From: Candidatus Planktophila sp.
GTDB lineage: Bacteria; Actinomycetota; Actinomycetes; Nanopelagicales; Nanopelagicaceae
Reading direction: 5' to 3'
NCBI GenBank assembly: GCA_044233285.1
Contig: JBIIKH010000001.1
Coordinates: forward strand, 54,972-118,971
Length of the DNA stretch: 64,000 nucleotides
The notes under the pieces were generated by a model. That model did not search any database. It was not told the origin of the DNA and saw only the letters and a program-made list of their open reading frames with translations. Below, one piece after another: positions 52,187-62,580 of this stretch. Position 1 is the first letter of the stretch, and the number at the start of each line of letters is the position of its first letter. Position numbers and translations under genes: made by a program.

Positions 52187-52265
52187 TGAAATCCCCTTAT
52201 TTACGCGTAAATGTTAAGCAACTGCTTAACATGTTCATAAACCTACGCGCATACAAGGGGTGATG

Positions 52266-52300
52266 AGGTTATTGAAATGCGCGTGTCGCATTTTTTATTT
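52266..52300 (-). promoter_or_regulatory. hup promoter: AT tract plus GACAC-N11-TAACCT (WhiA/WhiB-type)
   Basis: Minus strand reads aaataaaaaatgcGACACgcgcatttcaaTAACCT. Confidence 0.55.
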
Positions 52301-52421
52301 TTGTCGAAATAATCAAAAAGCATGGTTTTTATGCGTAGAAAACTCTAAATACAAGATTGAGGGTTGAGCGCACTCTCATTCACCCCTGCTCAAAACCTGC
52401 GTTTTACGCTTGTTTTTAACC

Positions 52422-53021
52422 TTATGAGCGAATTGGAAGAGTTGTTGGCTTGTATGTAGGGCGGTTTTTCTCGAAAGAATCAATGGAATCAGTCTGTTTT
52501 AAGGTCAAACCGATGTCATCCAAACCTTCCATCAAACGCCAACGGGTGTAATCATCGATGTCAAAGGGCAAACTCTTTGAGCCATAGTTAACCGTGCGGC
52601 TCTCTAAATCAACTGAAATTTCTGTTGCTGGATCTGCTTCAACTGCAGCCCACATTGCTTCGACCTCTGCTTGATCCAGAATAATTGTCAACAAGCCACC
52701 CTTGAGGGAATTACCCCGGAAGATGTCTGCAAAACGGCTTGAAATAACGACTTTAAATCCATAATTTTGCAACGCCCACACTGCGTGCTCGCGAGAAGAC
52801 CCAGTTCCAAAATCGGCACCTGCAATAAGAACGGTACCTTTTTTAAATGCCTCCTTGTTCAAAACAAACTCAGGATCATTCCGCCACGCAGCAAATAAAC
52901 CATCCTCGAAACCGCTTCGGGTTACGCGCTTCAAATAGACAGCAGGAATAATCTGATCGGTATCGACATTGCTTCTACGTAGTGGAACACCGGTACCTGT
53001 GTGCTTAACAAATTTTTCCAT
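52422..53021 (-). CDS. leuD: 3-isopropylmalate dehydratase small subunit
   Basis: 'NVDTDQIIP', '[10 protein letters not shown]', 'GLDDIG'. Confidence 0.95.
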   Translation of the reverse strand: MEKFVKHTGTGVPLRRSNVDTDQIIPAVYLKRVTRSGFEDGLFAAWRNDPEFVLNKEAFKKGTVLIAGADFGTGSSREHAVWALQNYGFKVVISSRFADIFRGNSLKGGLLTIILDQAEVEAMWAAVEADPATEISVDLESRTVNYGSKSLPFDIDDYTRWRLMEGLDDIGLTLKQTDSIDSFEKNRPTYKPTTLPIRS

Positions 53022-53033
53022 GAACTGTGCTCC

Positions 53034-54431
53034 TTACAAATCCGCAGGTGAAGAAAGTGTTCCACGCAGCGCTGTAGCAGCTGCGACGAGTGGACTTACT
53101 AAGTGTGTACGGCCGCCCTTACCTTGGCGACCCTCAAAGTTACGGTTAGAAGTCGATGCCGAACGCTCTCCTACTGCAAGCTGATCTGGGTTCATTCCAA
53201 GACACATGGAGCATCCTGCATTACGCCATTCAGCACCGGCATCAAGAAATACCTTGTCCAGACCTTCTGCCTCTGCTTCAAGTCGTACGCGTGCTGATCC
53301 TGGAACAACCAACATGCGAAGCGTTGATGCAATCTTCTTTCCTTTTAACACTTCTGCAGCTGCACGCAAATCCTCTATACGCCCATTTGTGCATGAGCCC
53401 AAGAAAACAGTGTCAATGGCTATCTTTTTAAGAGGGGTGCCCGCTTCAAGACCCATGTAAACAAGTGCGCGCTCTGCTGCAGTGCGGGCTTCTGTGTCTG
53501 CAATATCTGCAGGGTTTGGAACTACTGAATTTAGTGGCAAACCTTGGCCTGGGTTAGTTCCCCATGTAACAAATGGCTCTAGCTCATCTGCATTAAGGTC
53601 TACTTCAATATCAAATTTTGCATCGCTGTCGGTATATAGCGTGGACCAGTAAGCAAGCGCTGCCTCAAAATCCTCTGGGGAATGTGGCTTACCCTTGATG
53701 TAATCAAATGTTGTTTGGTCTGGGGCAATCAAACCGGCCCGAGCACCGGCTTCAATAGACATATTACAAACTGTCATGCGAGATTCCATTGATAGCGCGC
53801 GAATTGCACTGCCACGATATTCGATGACATATCCCTGGCCGCCGCCCGTACCAATTTTTGCAATAATCGCAAGAATGATGTCTTTTGATGTAACGCCAGG
53901 CTTTAGTGAACCTTCGACATTTATCGCCATTGTCTTTGGTCGCTGCAAAGGTAAAGTCTGCGTTGCCAGAACATGTTCAACCTCAGAAGTTCCAATACCA
54001 AAAGCAAGTGCCCCAAAAGCTCCATGGGTGGATGTATGAGAATCCCCACACACAATGGTCATGCCGGGTTGTGTAACTCCTAGCTGGGGTCCAACGACGT
54101 GCACAACACCCTGGTCTTTATCTCCCAGGGAATGGATTCGAAGACCAAACTCTTTACAGTTTGCGCGCAAAGTATCAACCTGCAACTTTGAGACTGGATC
54201 TGCGATTGGCTTATCAATATTAAGTGTCGGAACATTGTGATCTTCTGTAGCAATTGTTAGATCGGGGCGGCGAACTGTGCGTCCTGCAAGGCGCAGACCA
54301 TCAAAAGCTTGTGGGCTAGTTACTTCGTGGATTAGATGTAGATCGATGTAAATCAAATCTGGTTCGCCTTGTGCAGCGCGAACAACATGTTCTGCCCAAA
54401 TTTTCTCGGCTAACGTTTTACCCACAGTCAT
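53034..54431 (-). CDS. leuC: 3-isopropylmalate dehydratase large subunit
   Basis: 'HEVTSPQAF', 'CGDSHT', '[11 protein letters not shown]', 'GCSMCLGMN'; ATG 54431 after GGAGG. Confidence 0.95.
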   Translation of the reverse strand: MTVGKTLAEKIWAEHVVRAAQGEPDLIYIDLHLIHEVTSPQAFDGLRLAGRTVRRPDLTIATEDHNVPTLNIDKPIADPVSKLQVDTLRANCKEFGLRIHSLGDKDQGVVHVVGPQLGVTQPGMTIVCGDSHTSTHGAFGALAFGIGTSEVEHVLATQTLPLQRPKTMAINVEGSLKPGVTSKDIILAIIAKIGTGGGQGYVIEYRGSAIRALSMESRMTVCNMSIEAGARAGLIAPDQTTFDYIKGKPHSPEDFEAALAYWSTLYTDSDAKFDIEVDLNADELEPFVTWGTNPGQGLPLNSVVPNPADIADTEARTAAERALVYMGLEAGTPLKKIAIDTVFLGSCTNGRIEDLRAAAEVLKGKKIASTLRMLVVPGSARVRLEAEAEGLDKVFLDAGAEWRNAGCSMCLGMNPDQLAVGERSASTSNRNFEGRQGKGGRTHLVSPLVAAATALRGTLSSPADL

Positions 54432-54457
54432 TGCCTCCCTGCTCAACTAGTTTGCGT

Positions 54458-54472
54458 ATCACATCTTGAGAT
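54458..54472. promoter_or_regulatory. Probable IclR (NdgR/LtbR-type) operator between leuC and the regulator
   Basis: Imperfect palindrome ATCACATCTTGAGAT in the 17-nt spacer of TTGCGT...TAATAT. Confidence 0.55.
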
Positions 54473-54486
54473 GTTAATATCACCCT

Positions 54487-55203
54487 ATGAACAAGAATAA
54501 TAGCGGAGTTGGCGTATTAGATAAAGCCGTGGCCATTTTAAGCACCTTAGAGGCTGGCCCGCATTCACTTGCTGAGTTAGTTGCCGCAACCGGCATTGCC
54601 CGTCCTACCGCCCACCGCCTCGCTGTGGCACTTGAGTTCCATCGTTTAGTTGCACGAGATCTCACAGGACGATTTGTTTTAGGACCGCGTTCGGCCGAAC
54701 TAGGCGCAGCTGCAGGTGAAGATCGCTTATTAGCCGCTGCTGCCCCCGCTCTGGCCGCTCTGCGCGATGCAACAGGGGAAAGTGCGCAGCTATATCGCCG
54801 TCAAGGAGATCTGCGCATCTGCGTTGCTGTGGCTGAGCGTTTATCAGGGTTGCGCGATTCCGTTCCTGTTGGCGCTGCCTTAACTATGCAGGCTGGATCT
54901 GCCGCACAAATTCTTCTTGCATGGGAAGAGTCAGAAAAGATTCACCGAGGGTTAACAAACGCCCGATTTACCGCAGCACAATTATCTGCTGATCGTCGTC
55001 GTGGTTGGGCGCAATCTGTGGGAGAGCGCGAAGCCGGTGTGGCATCTGTTTCAGCACCTGTGCGCGCACCCAATGGAAAAGTAATTGCCGCCGTCAGCAT
55101 AAGCGGCCCGATCGAACGTCTAGGACGTCAACCTGGCCGCATTCATGCCGCTGCTGTAGTTGCTACTGCAGCTCGTCTGACTGAACATCTAGCTCGCGAA
55201 TAA
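54487..55203 (+). CDS. IclR family regulator of leuCD (NdgR/LtbR-like)
   Basis: 'SGVGVLDKAV', HTH 'RPTAHRLA', 'GWAQSVGERE'; divergent from leuC. Confidence 0.9.
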   Translation: MNKNNSGVGVLDKAVAILSTLEAGPHSLAELVAATGIARPTAHRLAVALEFHRLVARDLTGRFVLGPRSAELGAAAGEDRLLAAAAPALAALRDATGESAQLYRRQGDLRICVAVAERLSGLRDSVPVGAALTMQAGSAAQILLAWEESEKIHRGLTNARFTAAQLSADRRRGWAQSVGEREAGVASVSAPVRAPNGKVIAAVSISGPIERLGRQPGRIHAAAVVATAARLTEHLARE

Positions 55204-55669
55204 CGCGAGCAATTGTAGGAAAAGAAAAACCTTTTCTTTGTAGCAAGGATTGAATTCTACGAATCTGAACCTCTGGCTCAAGCCGACTCATAGTGGTGTA
55301 TTTCTTCATCCCCAATGAAAACGCGGTTCGATACTCAGATTCGTCATCAATCTCATCCAAGGCTTGATCAATGCTGGATTGATCCACTCCCCTGGTGCGA
55401 AGTTCGCCGGCAATAATTCGCTTAGACAACTTTTTCGAGGTATGACGTGATTGAGTCCATGCTTTTGCAAACTCTTCGTCGTTAACCAAACCATTTTCTT
55501 GAAGACGAAAGATCGTTGCTTGGGCAACGTCATCTTCGACTCCACGCTTTTTTAAGTGAGCCAGAAGCTCACCCTTACTCTTTGCGCGTGCAACCAAGGC
55601 ATTAAGTGCGATGGTGTTTGCGATTGAGTAAGGGTCAGCCTCTTGGTCAACCTTTACATATTCAAGCAT
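55163..55669 (-). CDS. recX: Regulatory protein RecX
   Basis: 'RAKSKGEL', 'LVNDEEFA', 'ELRTRGV', 'LQRKGF'; directly follows recA. Confidence 0.9.
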   Translation of the reverse strand: MLEYVKVDQEADPYSIANTIALNALVARAKSKGELLAHLKKRGVEDDVAQATIFRLQENGLVNDEEFAKAWTQSRHTSKKLSKRIIAGELRTRGVDQSSIDQALDEIDDESEYRTAFSLGMKKYTTMSRLEPEVQIRRIQSLLQRKGFSFPTIARVIRELDVQSDELQ

Positions 55670-55675
55670 TGGAGC

Positions 55676-56770
55676 TTAGAAATCCACCTCTGCAGCAGCC
55701 TCATCAATGGCAGCAACAAGTGCTGGATCGACCTCAACTGGAACAAAGTGAGCGCGGATCTTGCTTTCAATCTCATTGGCTAGATCTGGGTTATCAAGAA
55801 GGAAGGCACGTGCATTTTCCTTGCCCTGACCAAGTTGATCTGCCTCGTATGTGTACCAAGCACCAGACTTCTTGACCACGCCAATTTCAACACCCATATC
55901 AATCAGTGAGCCTTCGCGTGAAATTCCTGTGCCGTAAATAATGTCAAACTCTGCCTGCTTAAATGGTGGAGCCATCTTGTTCTTAACCACCTTTACGCGG
56001 GTGCGGTTACCAACAGATTCTTGTCCGTCCTTGAGTGTTTCAATACGACGGATATCAAGGCGAACTGAGGCATAGAACTTAAGCGCCTTTCCACCTGTTG
56101 TTGTCTCTGGAGAGCCAAAGAAGACACCGATTTTGTCACGCAACTGGTTAATAAAGATCGCTGTTGTCTTTGACTGGTGAAGTGCTCCAGTGATCTTACG
56201 AAGTGCTTGAGACATCAAGCGAGCTTGAAGACCCATATGTGAATCACCCATCTCACCTTCGATTTCAGCGCGAGGAACAAGTGCTGCAACAGAGTCAACG
56301 ACAACAAGATCAAGTGCACCTGAACGAATAAGCATGTCCATGATTTCTAGAGCTTGCTCACCTGTATCTGGTTGTGACACCAAGAGTGCATCAATATCAA
56401 CACCAAGCTTCTTTGCATACTCTGAATCAAATGCATGCTCTGCATCGATGAATGCACAAATTCCGCCAGCCTTTTGAGCATTTGCGATTGCATGCAATGT
56501 AAGAGTTGTCTTACCTGAAGATTCTGGTCCGTAAATTTCAACAACGCGACCGCGTGGAAGTCCACCAATACCAAGTGCGATATCTAGTGCGATTGAACCA
56601 GTTGGGATAACTTCGATCACTGTGTTCTGTCGCTCTGACATCTTCATTACTGCGCCTTTACCAAATTGACGTTCGATCTGGGCTAGGGCTGTGTCTAACG
56701 CCTTATGGCGTTCAACGTTGGCTTTGTCTTGTGCTGCATCGTTTGCTTTATTGCTTTTTTCAGTAGCCAC
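55676..56770 (-). CDS. recA: Recombinase A (no intein)
   Basis: 'GPESSGKTT', 'DAEHA', 'DSVAAL', 'INQLR', 'KFYASVRL'; GTG 56770 after GAAAGGA. Confidence 0.97.
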   Translation of the reverse strand: MATEKSNKANDAAQDKANVERHKALDTALAQIERQFGKGAVMKMSERQNTVIEVIPTGSIALDIALGIGGLPRGRVVEIYGPESSGKTTLTLHAIANAQKAGGICAFIDAEHAFDSEYAKKLGVDIDALLVSQPDTGEQALEIMDMLIRSGALDLVVVDSVAALVPRAEIEGEMGDSHMGLQARLMSQALRKITGALHQSKTTAIFINQLRDKIGVFFGSPETTTGGKALKFYASVRLDIRRIETLKDGQESVGNRTRVKVVKNKMAPPFKQAEFDIIYGTGISREGSLIDMGVEIGVVKKSGAWYTYEADQLGQGKENARAFLLDNPDLANEIESKIRAHFVPVEVDPALVAAIDEAAAEVDF

Positions 56771-56828
56771 GTACATTCCTTTCGATAGAACGTCCTGCAC
56801 AATGCAGTTCGTTTGGTGTGCGGCCCAG

Positions 56829-56850
56829 AAGGTACGGAGACCCAACGACG
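56829..56850 (-). promoter_or_regulatory. Degenerate proximal RecA-NDp/PafBC-like recA promoter
   Basis: CGTCGTTG-ggtctccg (8 nt)-TACCTT. Confidence 0.45.
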
Positions 56851-56933
56851 GTCTGCAGAAGCTCCACAACTGGTGTGGAGAAGTAACTGCAGGCGGAGGT
56901 TGGAACCGCTCTGGTTGTACTCGGAAAGTTTAT

Positions 56934-56949
56934 CCGAACATCTGTTCGA
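56934..56949. promoter_or_regulatory. LexA (SOS) box of recA
   Basis: TCGAAC-AGAT-GTTCGG against the actinobacterial consensus TCGAAC-N4-GTTCGA; followed by TAAACT -10. Confidence 0.88.
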
Positions 56950-56971
56950 AAGATAACAGGTGACACTGACA
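56950..56971 (-). promoter_or_regulatory. Distal RecA-NDp/PafBC-type recA promoter
   Basis: TGTCAGTG-tcacctgt (8 nt)-TATCTT. Confidence 0.8.
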
Positions 56972-56977
56972 GCAATT

Positions 56978-57014
56978 AGGCGTGTCGCCTTAAGCAGCAT
57001 GGAGGCGTGTCGCC
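56978..57014. repeat. 12-bp direct repeat AGGCGTGTCGCC (GACAC core) between recA and yaaA
   Basis: Exact copies at 56978-56989 and 57003-57014. Confidence 0.8.
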
Positions 57015-57030
57015 CCACCATACTGAGCCG

Positions 57031-57576
57031 GTGTTAATCCTGTTGCCGCCCTCTGAGAGGAAATCTGCCTCCCCTGGGCCGGCAATCCAGGTCTATACAG
57101 GCGTTCTCTACGAAGCCCTAGGTTGGGAGCAGCTCACCGCTGCTCAACGCAAAAAGGGCGCTGAATCTATCGCCATCATCTCGGCCAAATACGGGGTGCT
57201 GCGCCCATTGGATCCAATCGAGACATACAAGGAAAAGATCAACAATAAAAAGATGGCACCAATTGTGGAGAAATCTCTTGCTGGCGTTGAATCTGAGTTA
57301 ATTATTGATTGTCGATCTTCGACCTACCAAACAGTGTGGCAGTCCCCCGTGGATATAACTGTTGAGATCAAAGTCTTCACCAAAATCGACGGTGTGAAAA
57401 AAGTAATCACACATATGTCCAAAAAGACTCGTGGTGAAGTAATTCAACACCTCCTAAAGAGTGTGCATGTTCCAACTAATGCTGATGAACTAGAAGCAAT
57501 TGTTTCACAGAAATTTCAATGTACCTTAATTGCAGGAAGTAAGAAAAATCCTTGGGTATTAGAAGTGTATTGCTAA
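57031..57576 (+). CDS. yaaA: YaaA/DUF328 peroxide-stress protein (short)
   Basis: 'MLILLPPSERK', 'PAIQVYTGVLYEAL', 'SAKYGVLRPLD', 'DCRSSTY', 'SKKTRG'; GTG 57031 is 6 nt after CATACT. Confidence 0.82.
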   Translation: MLILLPPSERKSASPGPAIQVYTGVLYEALGWEQLTAAQRKKGAESIAIISAKYGVLRPLDPIETYKEKINNKKMAPIVEKSLAGVESELIIDCRSSTYQTVWQSPVDITVEIKVFTKIDGVKKVITHMSKKTRGEVIQHLLKSVHVPTNADELEAIVSQKFQCTLIAGSKKNPWVLEVYC

Positions 57577-57583
57577 AACGTTT

Positions 57584-58384
57584 CTATGACGCAACCAGCG
57601 CCGTCTTCTTAATCAGCTCGACAGTTAATGTTGGATAGTTCCACATAATCACGTGAGCACAATTATCAACAACGATCCACCGAGAGTGTGCAGGGGCAAC
57701 ACTTTTTTCCTGAGCTATCTCTTCTGGCAATGTTTGATCTTCATCGCCAAAAATTACGGAGAGCTTCACGCTTTCAGGCACTACAGATTCAAATCTACGC
57801 CCATTTGCACTATGCCACATCGGCATATAACCCTTTGATCGGGCCATAGCAATTACTGAATCACGACAGGATTCAAAACTCAATTCACGCCACAGGTGCG
57901 TGATCTTTTTATATCCAATTGCTTTTAAGGCTGGAATTCGATACGCAGTCTTCATAAAGTACTGAGAAATCTTCGCAAGAATTCTCGCATCAAGACTTGG
58001 TGGAAACTTTCGAGGTGGTCGCTCATGCCATAAACCAGCCGGGGCTAATGCGGTAACACTTAAAACCCGTTCTGGCGCAACAGCTGCCATTTCTAGTGCA
58101 ATCCACCCACCCAGTGAATTTCCAGCAACATGCATTTGAGCAACACCCATCTCAGAAACCATGTAATCAACTATCGACTGAGCAAGTGAGCGCGGATCTA
58201 ATTCTTCCCCCTCAGTCAATGGGGCATCTCCGTGACCCGGTAGGTCTATTGCATACACAGTGAAATTCTCAATTAACTGCGGCACAAGACTCTTCCAAAT
58301 ATTTCCAGCCGAACCCAATCCATGAACAAGGACGAGGGCCGGGTTATCAATATTGTGTGTATAGCGGTGGGAGTGAATTGCCAT
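57584..58384 (-). CDS. Alpha/beta fold hydrolase
   Basis: 'LVHGLG', 'DLPGHG', nucleophile 'GNSLGG', 'CAH'; start moved to ATG 58384. Confidence 0.88.
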   Translation of the reverse strand: MAIHSHRYTHNIDNPALVLVHGLGSAGNIWKSLVPQLIENFTVYAIDLPGHGDAPLTEGEELDPRSLAQSIVDYMVSEMGVAQMHVAGNSLGGWIALEMAAVAPERVLSVTALAPAGLWHERPPRKFPPSLDARILAKISQYFMKTAYRIPALKAIGYKKITHLWRELSFESCRDSVIAMARSKGYMPMWHSANGRRFESVVPESVKLSVIFGDEDQTLPEEIAQEKSVAPAHSRWIVVDNCAHVIMWNYPTLTVELIKKTALVAS

Positions 58385-58385
58385 A

Positions 58386-58586
58386 TCAATACTTGTACTT
58401 TTCGGTCTCAATGGGATGTGCCCTACACACGGCTTTCCAAATAACATCTGCTTCAAAGCCGGCGGCTAGCGCTTCGTTCACGCTCTTACTACCTAACTCA
58501 GATAGCGCGATGTCTGATGAGAATGAAGGCGCCCATGCATCCCCAAAGGACAAGATGATGCGCTCACGAAGATCAGAGATTCGCAA
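58386..58586 (-). CDS. DUF3046 family protein
   Basis: '[12 protein letters not shown]', 'LSELGSKSVNEALAAG', 'IWKAVC'; TTG start. Confidence 0.82.
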   Translation of the reverse strand: MRISDLRERIILSFGDAWAPSFSSDIALSELGSKSVNEALAAGFEADVIWKAVCRAHPIETEKYKY

Positions 58587-59094
58587 TGAAGGTAATTGCT
58601 TCTGCTTGTGCACGAGATTGTGCAGGTGTAATTGGATGTAACGCTTGCCCAATTAGCCAACGAGTTGCGAGCTCACCCTTTTCGCTCCCCAAAAGGTGAC
58701 CCATAGCAATTGAAAATGCTTTCCATGTTGTATGGGTCTGCGCAGAAAGCGCAATAGTCAAAAAGTCAGGATCTTGCGAGCGCATAGCAGCCAGTGCTTG
58801 ATCGCCAGAAATTTCAATGGATATCTGCTCAAGGGCAGAAGTTGTATCTGGAGCAGCCTGAGCAATTTCAACTAACCGTTGCATCTCTGAAACACATAAG
58901 GCGCGAATAACACTTTCCTTGTCCCGGAAGTGATTATATAAAGTTGCGCGTGAAACTTCGGAAACATCTGCAATCTCAATCATTGACATCTTCTTTAGGC
59001 CTGTTGTTGCTATTAACTGTTTTGTTGCCTCAAGAATTGCGTTTTGTGTACGACGGTGAGTTGCTACTTGTGGCGCGTACTTGTTAAGCGGCAT
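58573..59094 (-). CDS. TetR family transcriptional regulator
   Basis: '[35 protein letters not shown]'. Confidence 0.88.
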   Translation of the reverse strand: MPLNKYAPQVATHRRTQNAILEATKQLIATTGLKKMSMIEIADVSEVSRATLYNHFRDKESVIRALCVSEMQRLVEIAQAAPDTTSALEQISIEISGDQALAAMRSQDPDFLTIALSAQTHTTWKAFSIAMGHLLGSEKGELATRWLIGQALHPITPAQSRAQAEAITFIANL

Positions 59095-59356
59095 CGACAA
59101 CAGTGAGAGTTACGCCCTCACGGCTCTTGAGCTCTGCAGACACATCACTAAAAACTCCAGAAAGTGAAAGACCTAACGCCACACAAATAGCATTGAGTAA
59201 TTCAGAGGATGCTTCTTTTTGTCCACGCTCGACCTCAGAGAGGTAACCAAGTGAGACTCGTGCATCCCGGGCAACATCTCTTAGGGTGCGCCCTTGCGCC
59301 GTGCGAGCAGACCGAAGGGTTTGGCCAATAGCTTCACGTACTAGAACCATTGTCAT
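59084..59356 (-). CDS. clgR: XRE-family regulator ClgR
   Basis: '[11 protein letters not shown]', 'RTLRDVA', '[21 protein letters not shown]'; follows cinA. Confidence 0.85.
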   Translation of the reverse strand: MTMVLVREAIGQTLRSARTAQGRTLRDVARDARVSLGYLSEVERGQKEASSELLNAICVALGLSLSGVFSDVSAELKSREGVTLTVVDAA

Positions 59357-59390
59357 ACTCCCTTCACTTGTCGATGTTCTAACCAGAGGT

Positions 59391-59882
59391 TCACGAACGA
59401 TGTCTAAGGATACGCGCAAAAGTAGCTATCGCGCTTGATGTAGCAGCGTTTCTGACAGATTCACGATCACCTGAAAGCGCTAACTCGATTGTGTGGCTTA
59501 TCGGGCCTTCAATCGCTACCCACACAACCCCCACAGGGTATCCATCCAACGGGTTGGGGCCTGCAACTCCGGTCGTTCCAATCGCCCACGTGGTTCCAAA
59601 AGATTGGATCGCACCTTTTGCCATGGCAACGGCAACTTCTTCGCTGATCACAGTGTGTTTGTCGATTAACTCTGGATCTACATTCAAGTGCGAGACTTTA
59701 ACTTCATCGCGATAAGCAGTAGTTCCGCCCACAAAGACATCAGAGGCCCCTGCAATACTTACAATTGCTGAACTTACAGAACCGGCAGTTAAAGACTCAG
59801 CGGTACTAATGGTTTCTCCACGTTGGCGCAGATGATCAACGATCTCGGCGGCAAAGCCGAGTATCTCCTTTGAGAGTGCCAT
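59391..59882 (-). CDS. cinA: CinA C-terminal domain protein (NMN deamidase-like)
   Basis: 'TAESLTAG', 'GAS', 'TTGVAGP'. Confidence 0.88.
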   Translation of the reverse strand: MALSKEILGFAAEIVDHLRQRGETISTAESLTAGSVSSAIVSIAGASDVFVGGTTAYRDEVKVSHLNVDPELIDKHTVISEEVAVAMAKGAIQSFGTTWAIGTTGVAGPNPLDGYPVGVVWVAIEGPISHTIELALSGDRESVRNAATSSAIATFARILRHRS

Positions 59883-59901
59883 CTGCGTAACCTTTCTTAC
59901 A

Positions 59902-60447
59902 TCACGCTTTGTGCGTGAATGCTGATTTTACATAGTACGCCCCAGTAACGATAGTGAGTACTACTGCAATATACATAAAACCATCCCGGAACCAATACAG
60001 ACTTTCGCTCAATGGAAGCACATAGAAGCCGGTGCCGAAATTCTGCATCACCGCCTTGATCTTTCCACCCTTGTTAGCGGGAATTACGCCACGCTTGATG
60101 ACGGAAAGGCGAAAAATGGTGATACCAATCTCTCGTATCAATATGACTGTCGTGATCCACCAAGGCATGGTTCCTAAAATCGACAGCGAGATTAGCGCAG
60201 TCCCGAGCATGAATTTATCTGCTACTGGATCTAAGAATTCACCAAGTTTTGTAATCGCTCCCCGACTACGAGCTAGCTTTCCATCAAGCACATCTGATAA
60301 GCCTAGAATGAAGAAGACGCACCAAGAAATATATTGCCAGGTTGGATCATCTCCACCATTTTTAAAGAGAGTGTAGGCACCCACTGGCACAAACAGGAGC
60401 CTCAAAACTGTAATGAAGTTTGGCGTTATAAATGCAGGTAACTTCAT
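59902..60447 (-). CDS. pgsA: CDP-diacylglycerol--glycerol-3-phosphate 3-phosphatidyltransferase
   Basis: 'PNFITVLR', '[19 protein letters not shown]'. Confidence 0.9.
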   Translation of the reverse strand: MKLPAFITPNFITVLRLLFVPVGAYTLFKNGGDDPTWQYISWCVFFILGLSDVLDGKLARSRGAITKLGEFLDPVADKFMLGTALISLSILGTMPWWITTVILIREIGITIFRLSVIKRGVIPANKGGKIKAVMQNFGTGFYVLPLSESLYWFRDGFMYIAVVLTIVTGAYYVKSAFTHKA

Positions 60448-61799
60448 AGAGGTTTTGCTACCAAATCTGCGCCCATTGAATCAATCACAACGGCGTCTAC
60501 ATACTGACCAACAACAAAGTTAGTTCCAATAAATGAGGTAGTGCCATCTACTTCAGGCCCTTGATGCGCTGCTCTACCTTCCTGCAACTCCTGATCTTCA
60601 ATAAGAACCCGAACATTTTCACCAATTCGTGCCTGCGCGCGCAGTGACACCATCTCATCGGCTAGCGAAGACAATATTTCAACCCTTTGGGCAATTACAT
60701 CTGCATCAACTTTGTCTGACAGATTTAGCGCTTCGGTATTGTCCTCATCTGAATACCCAAATACTCCAACTGCATCTAGCTTTGCTTTGGTAATAAAGTC
60801 AGCTAAATCATCAAAATCTTCTTGAGTTTCACCTGGAAAACCAACAATAAAGTTTGATCGGATTCCAGCCTCAGGCGATACCGCGCGAACTTGGCTGATC
60901 AGATGTAGAAATTTCTCGCTATCGCCAAAGCGACGCATCCTACGAAGTACCGTTGGGCTAGTGTGCTGAAAGGATAAGTCGAAATATGGTGCAGTTTTAT
61001 CTGTAGCAATCATTGCTTGAATCAAGGTTGGGCGCATTTCTGCTGGCTGTAAGTAGGACAGACGCACTCGTTCAACACCAGGCAACGCTGCGATATCTGG
61101 CAAAATCTTTTCCATTAACTGAAGATCGCCTAAATCTTTTCCATAGGAAGTTGTATTCTCGCTCACCAAAAATAATTCAGTCACTCCATTTTCAGCCAGC
61201 CAACGTGCCTCTTTAATGATGTCGGTCGGACGCCTTGAGATAAAGGATCCGCGAAAATAAGGGATCGCGCAAAATGAGCAACGTCTATCGCACCCTGAAG
61301 CAATTTTTAGTGGAGCCCACGGCGCATTACCCAAACGCTTTCTAGAAAACTCTTCACTCTCGCGGGCATCTGCGCGATCAACTGGAGCAATCGGCAACAA
61401 AGCACGGCGATCTCTCGGCACATGTGACTTATGCGATTCACCTGCGATAATTGACTGCAAGCGTGCAGAAATGTCTTTGTAGTCATCAAATCCTAGGATT
61501 GCATCTGCTTCAGGAAGAGCATCTGCTAATTCATTTCCATATCGTTCTGCCATGCAACCGACGGCAACAACGGCGCGCGTTACCCCATGACCCTTGAGTG
61601 AATTTGCCTCTAAAAGGGCATCTACTGAATCTTTCTTCGCAGATTCGATGAAGCCACATGTATTAACAAGTGCCACCTCAGCTGACTCAACATCATCGAC
61701 TAGAGTCCAGCCATCTGCTGCTAAGCGGCCAGCTAATTCTTCAGAATCAACTTCATTACGAGCGCATCCAAGAGTGACAACTGCAACTGTGCGCTTCAT
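60444..61799 (-). CDS. rimO: Ribosomal protein S12 methylthiotransferase
   Basis: '[12 protein letters not shown]', 'VNTCGFI', 'GCDRRCSFC', 'QGPEVDG'. Confidence 0.93.
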   Translation of the reverse strand: MKRTVAVVTLGCARNEVDSEELAGRLAADGWTLVDDVESAEVALVNTCGFIESAKKDSVDALLEANSLKGHGVTRAVVAVGCMAERYGNELADALPEADAILGFDDYKDISARLQSIIAGESHKSHVPRDRRALLPIAPVDRADARESEEFSRKRLGNAPWAPLKIASGCDRRCSFCAIPYFRGSFISRRPTDIIKEARWLAENGVTELFLVSENTTSYGKDLGDLQLMEKILPDIAALPGVERVRLSYLQPAEMRPTLIQAMIATDKTAPYFDLSFQHTSPTVLRRMRRFGDSEKFLHLISQVRAVSPEAGIRSNFIVGFPGETQEDFDDLADFITKAKLDAVGVFGYSDEDNTEALNLSDKVDADVIAQRVEILSSLADEMVSLRAQARIGENVRVLIEDQELQEGRAAHQGPEVDGTTSFIGTNFVVGQYVDAVVIDSMGADLVAKPL

Positions 61800-61827
61800 T
61801 TGCGCAATCTTACCCTGTCTAAGGCTA

Positions 61828-62580
61828 TTAAGAATCTACTCCGTACGACACGCTAACAACTTCCCCATCAGCGCCAACTGAATCTACCTTTTTGCCGTTA
61901 ACAGTTAGATCCACACCGCCGGCGTTACCGATTTTCACATTGATCGAAGCATTAGTACTAAAAGTTTTCGTGGCACCGCGTGCTATTTGCCCACTAAATA
62001 ATGTTCGTCCCGCTTCATCCGAGACAAAGAGCCAACTCTTTCCTCGTGCAGCAAAAATGACGAGTTCAACTCCAGAACCAGTAGAAACTGTCGCTTGTTC
62101 AGTTGGGGTAACTTCACTCGTGACCATTGGATCAGGAGTTACAGAAGAGGTCGCACTCTCAATTGCTGTAGCAATAGGTTTTGGAATATCAGATGTAGAT
62201 GTATTTGAAATGATTATTTGTGCAATGCCCACAATGAAAAGTGATGTCAAAGAAATTGTTGCTAAAACCTTCCAAGAAACTTTGCGAGATTCATGAGGTT
62301 CTTTCATCACACTATTTTCAATGAGCAAATCCTGCATCGAACGGTCCACCTGCATCTGCTCTTCTTCAAAAGTGGCAATAAACATTTGTGGGTCTACGCC
62401 TAGCTTTATCGCAATATTGCGGATATGTCCACGCGCATAAGTTTCACCACCGCAGTTAGCGAAATTATCTGCCTCGATTTCCCTTAACAACGCAGTTCGA
62501 ATATTCGTAGATTCCGAAAGATCTTCGATGCTTAGCCCAGCACTCTTTCTCGCTTGAGTAATCAAAGAACCAAGTGACAT
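61828..62580 (-). CDS. rodZ: RodZ-like HTH + TM + DUF4115 protein
   Basis: N-terminal HTH 'YARGHIR', single TM, 'SWL..IGNAGGV'. Confidence 0.85.
   Translation of the reverse strand: MSLGSLITQARKSAGLSIEDLSESTNIRTALLREIEADNFANCGGETYARGHIRNIAIKLGVDPQMFIATFEEEQMQVDRSMQDLLIENSVMKEPHESRKVSWKVLATISLTSLFIVGIAQIIISNTSTSDIPKPIATAIESATSSVTPDPMVTSEVTPTEQATVSTGSGVELVIFAARGKSWLFVSDEAGRTLFSGQIARGATKTFSTNASINVKIGNAGGVDLTVNGKKVDSVGADGEVVSVSYGVDS

Noticed and set aside
51813-52217. 134-aa hydrophobic-looking plus-strand ORF
   Set aside because: Antisense shadow of the Lys/Ala-rich hup gene.
55676-56869. RecA intein or N-terminal extension
   Set aside because: Normal length from GTG 56770 with an SD; no intein motifs.
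56695-57021. Small ORFs across the recA upstream region as leader peptides, or the region as a ribozyme or riboswitch
   Set aside because: No start signals or protein motifs; stacked promoters and operators explain the region, and I recognise no known RNA family.
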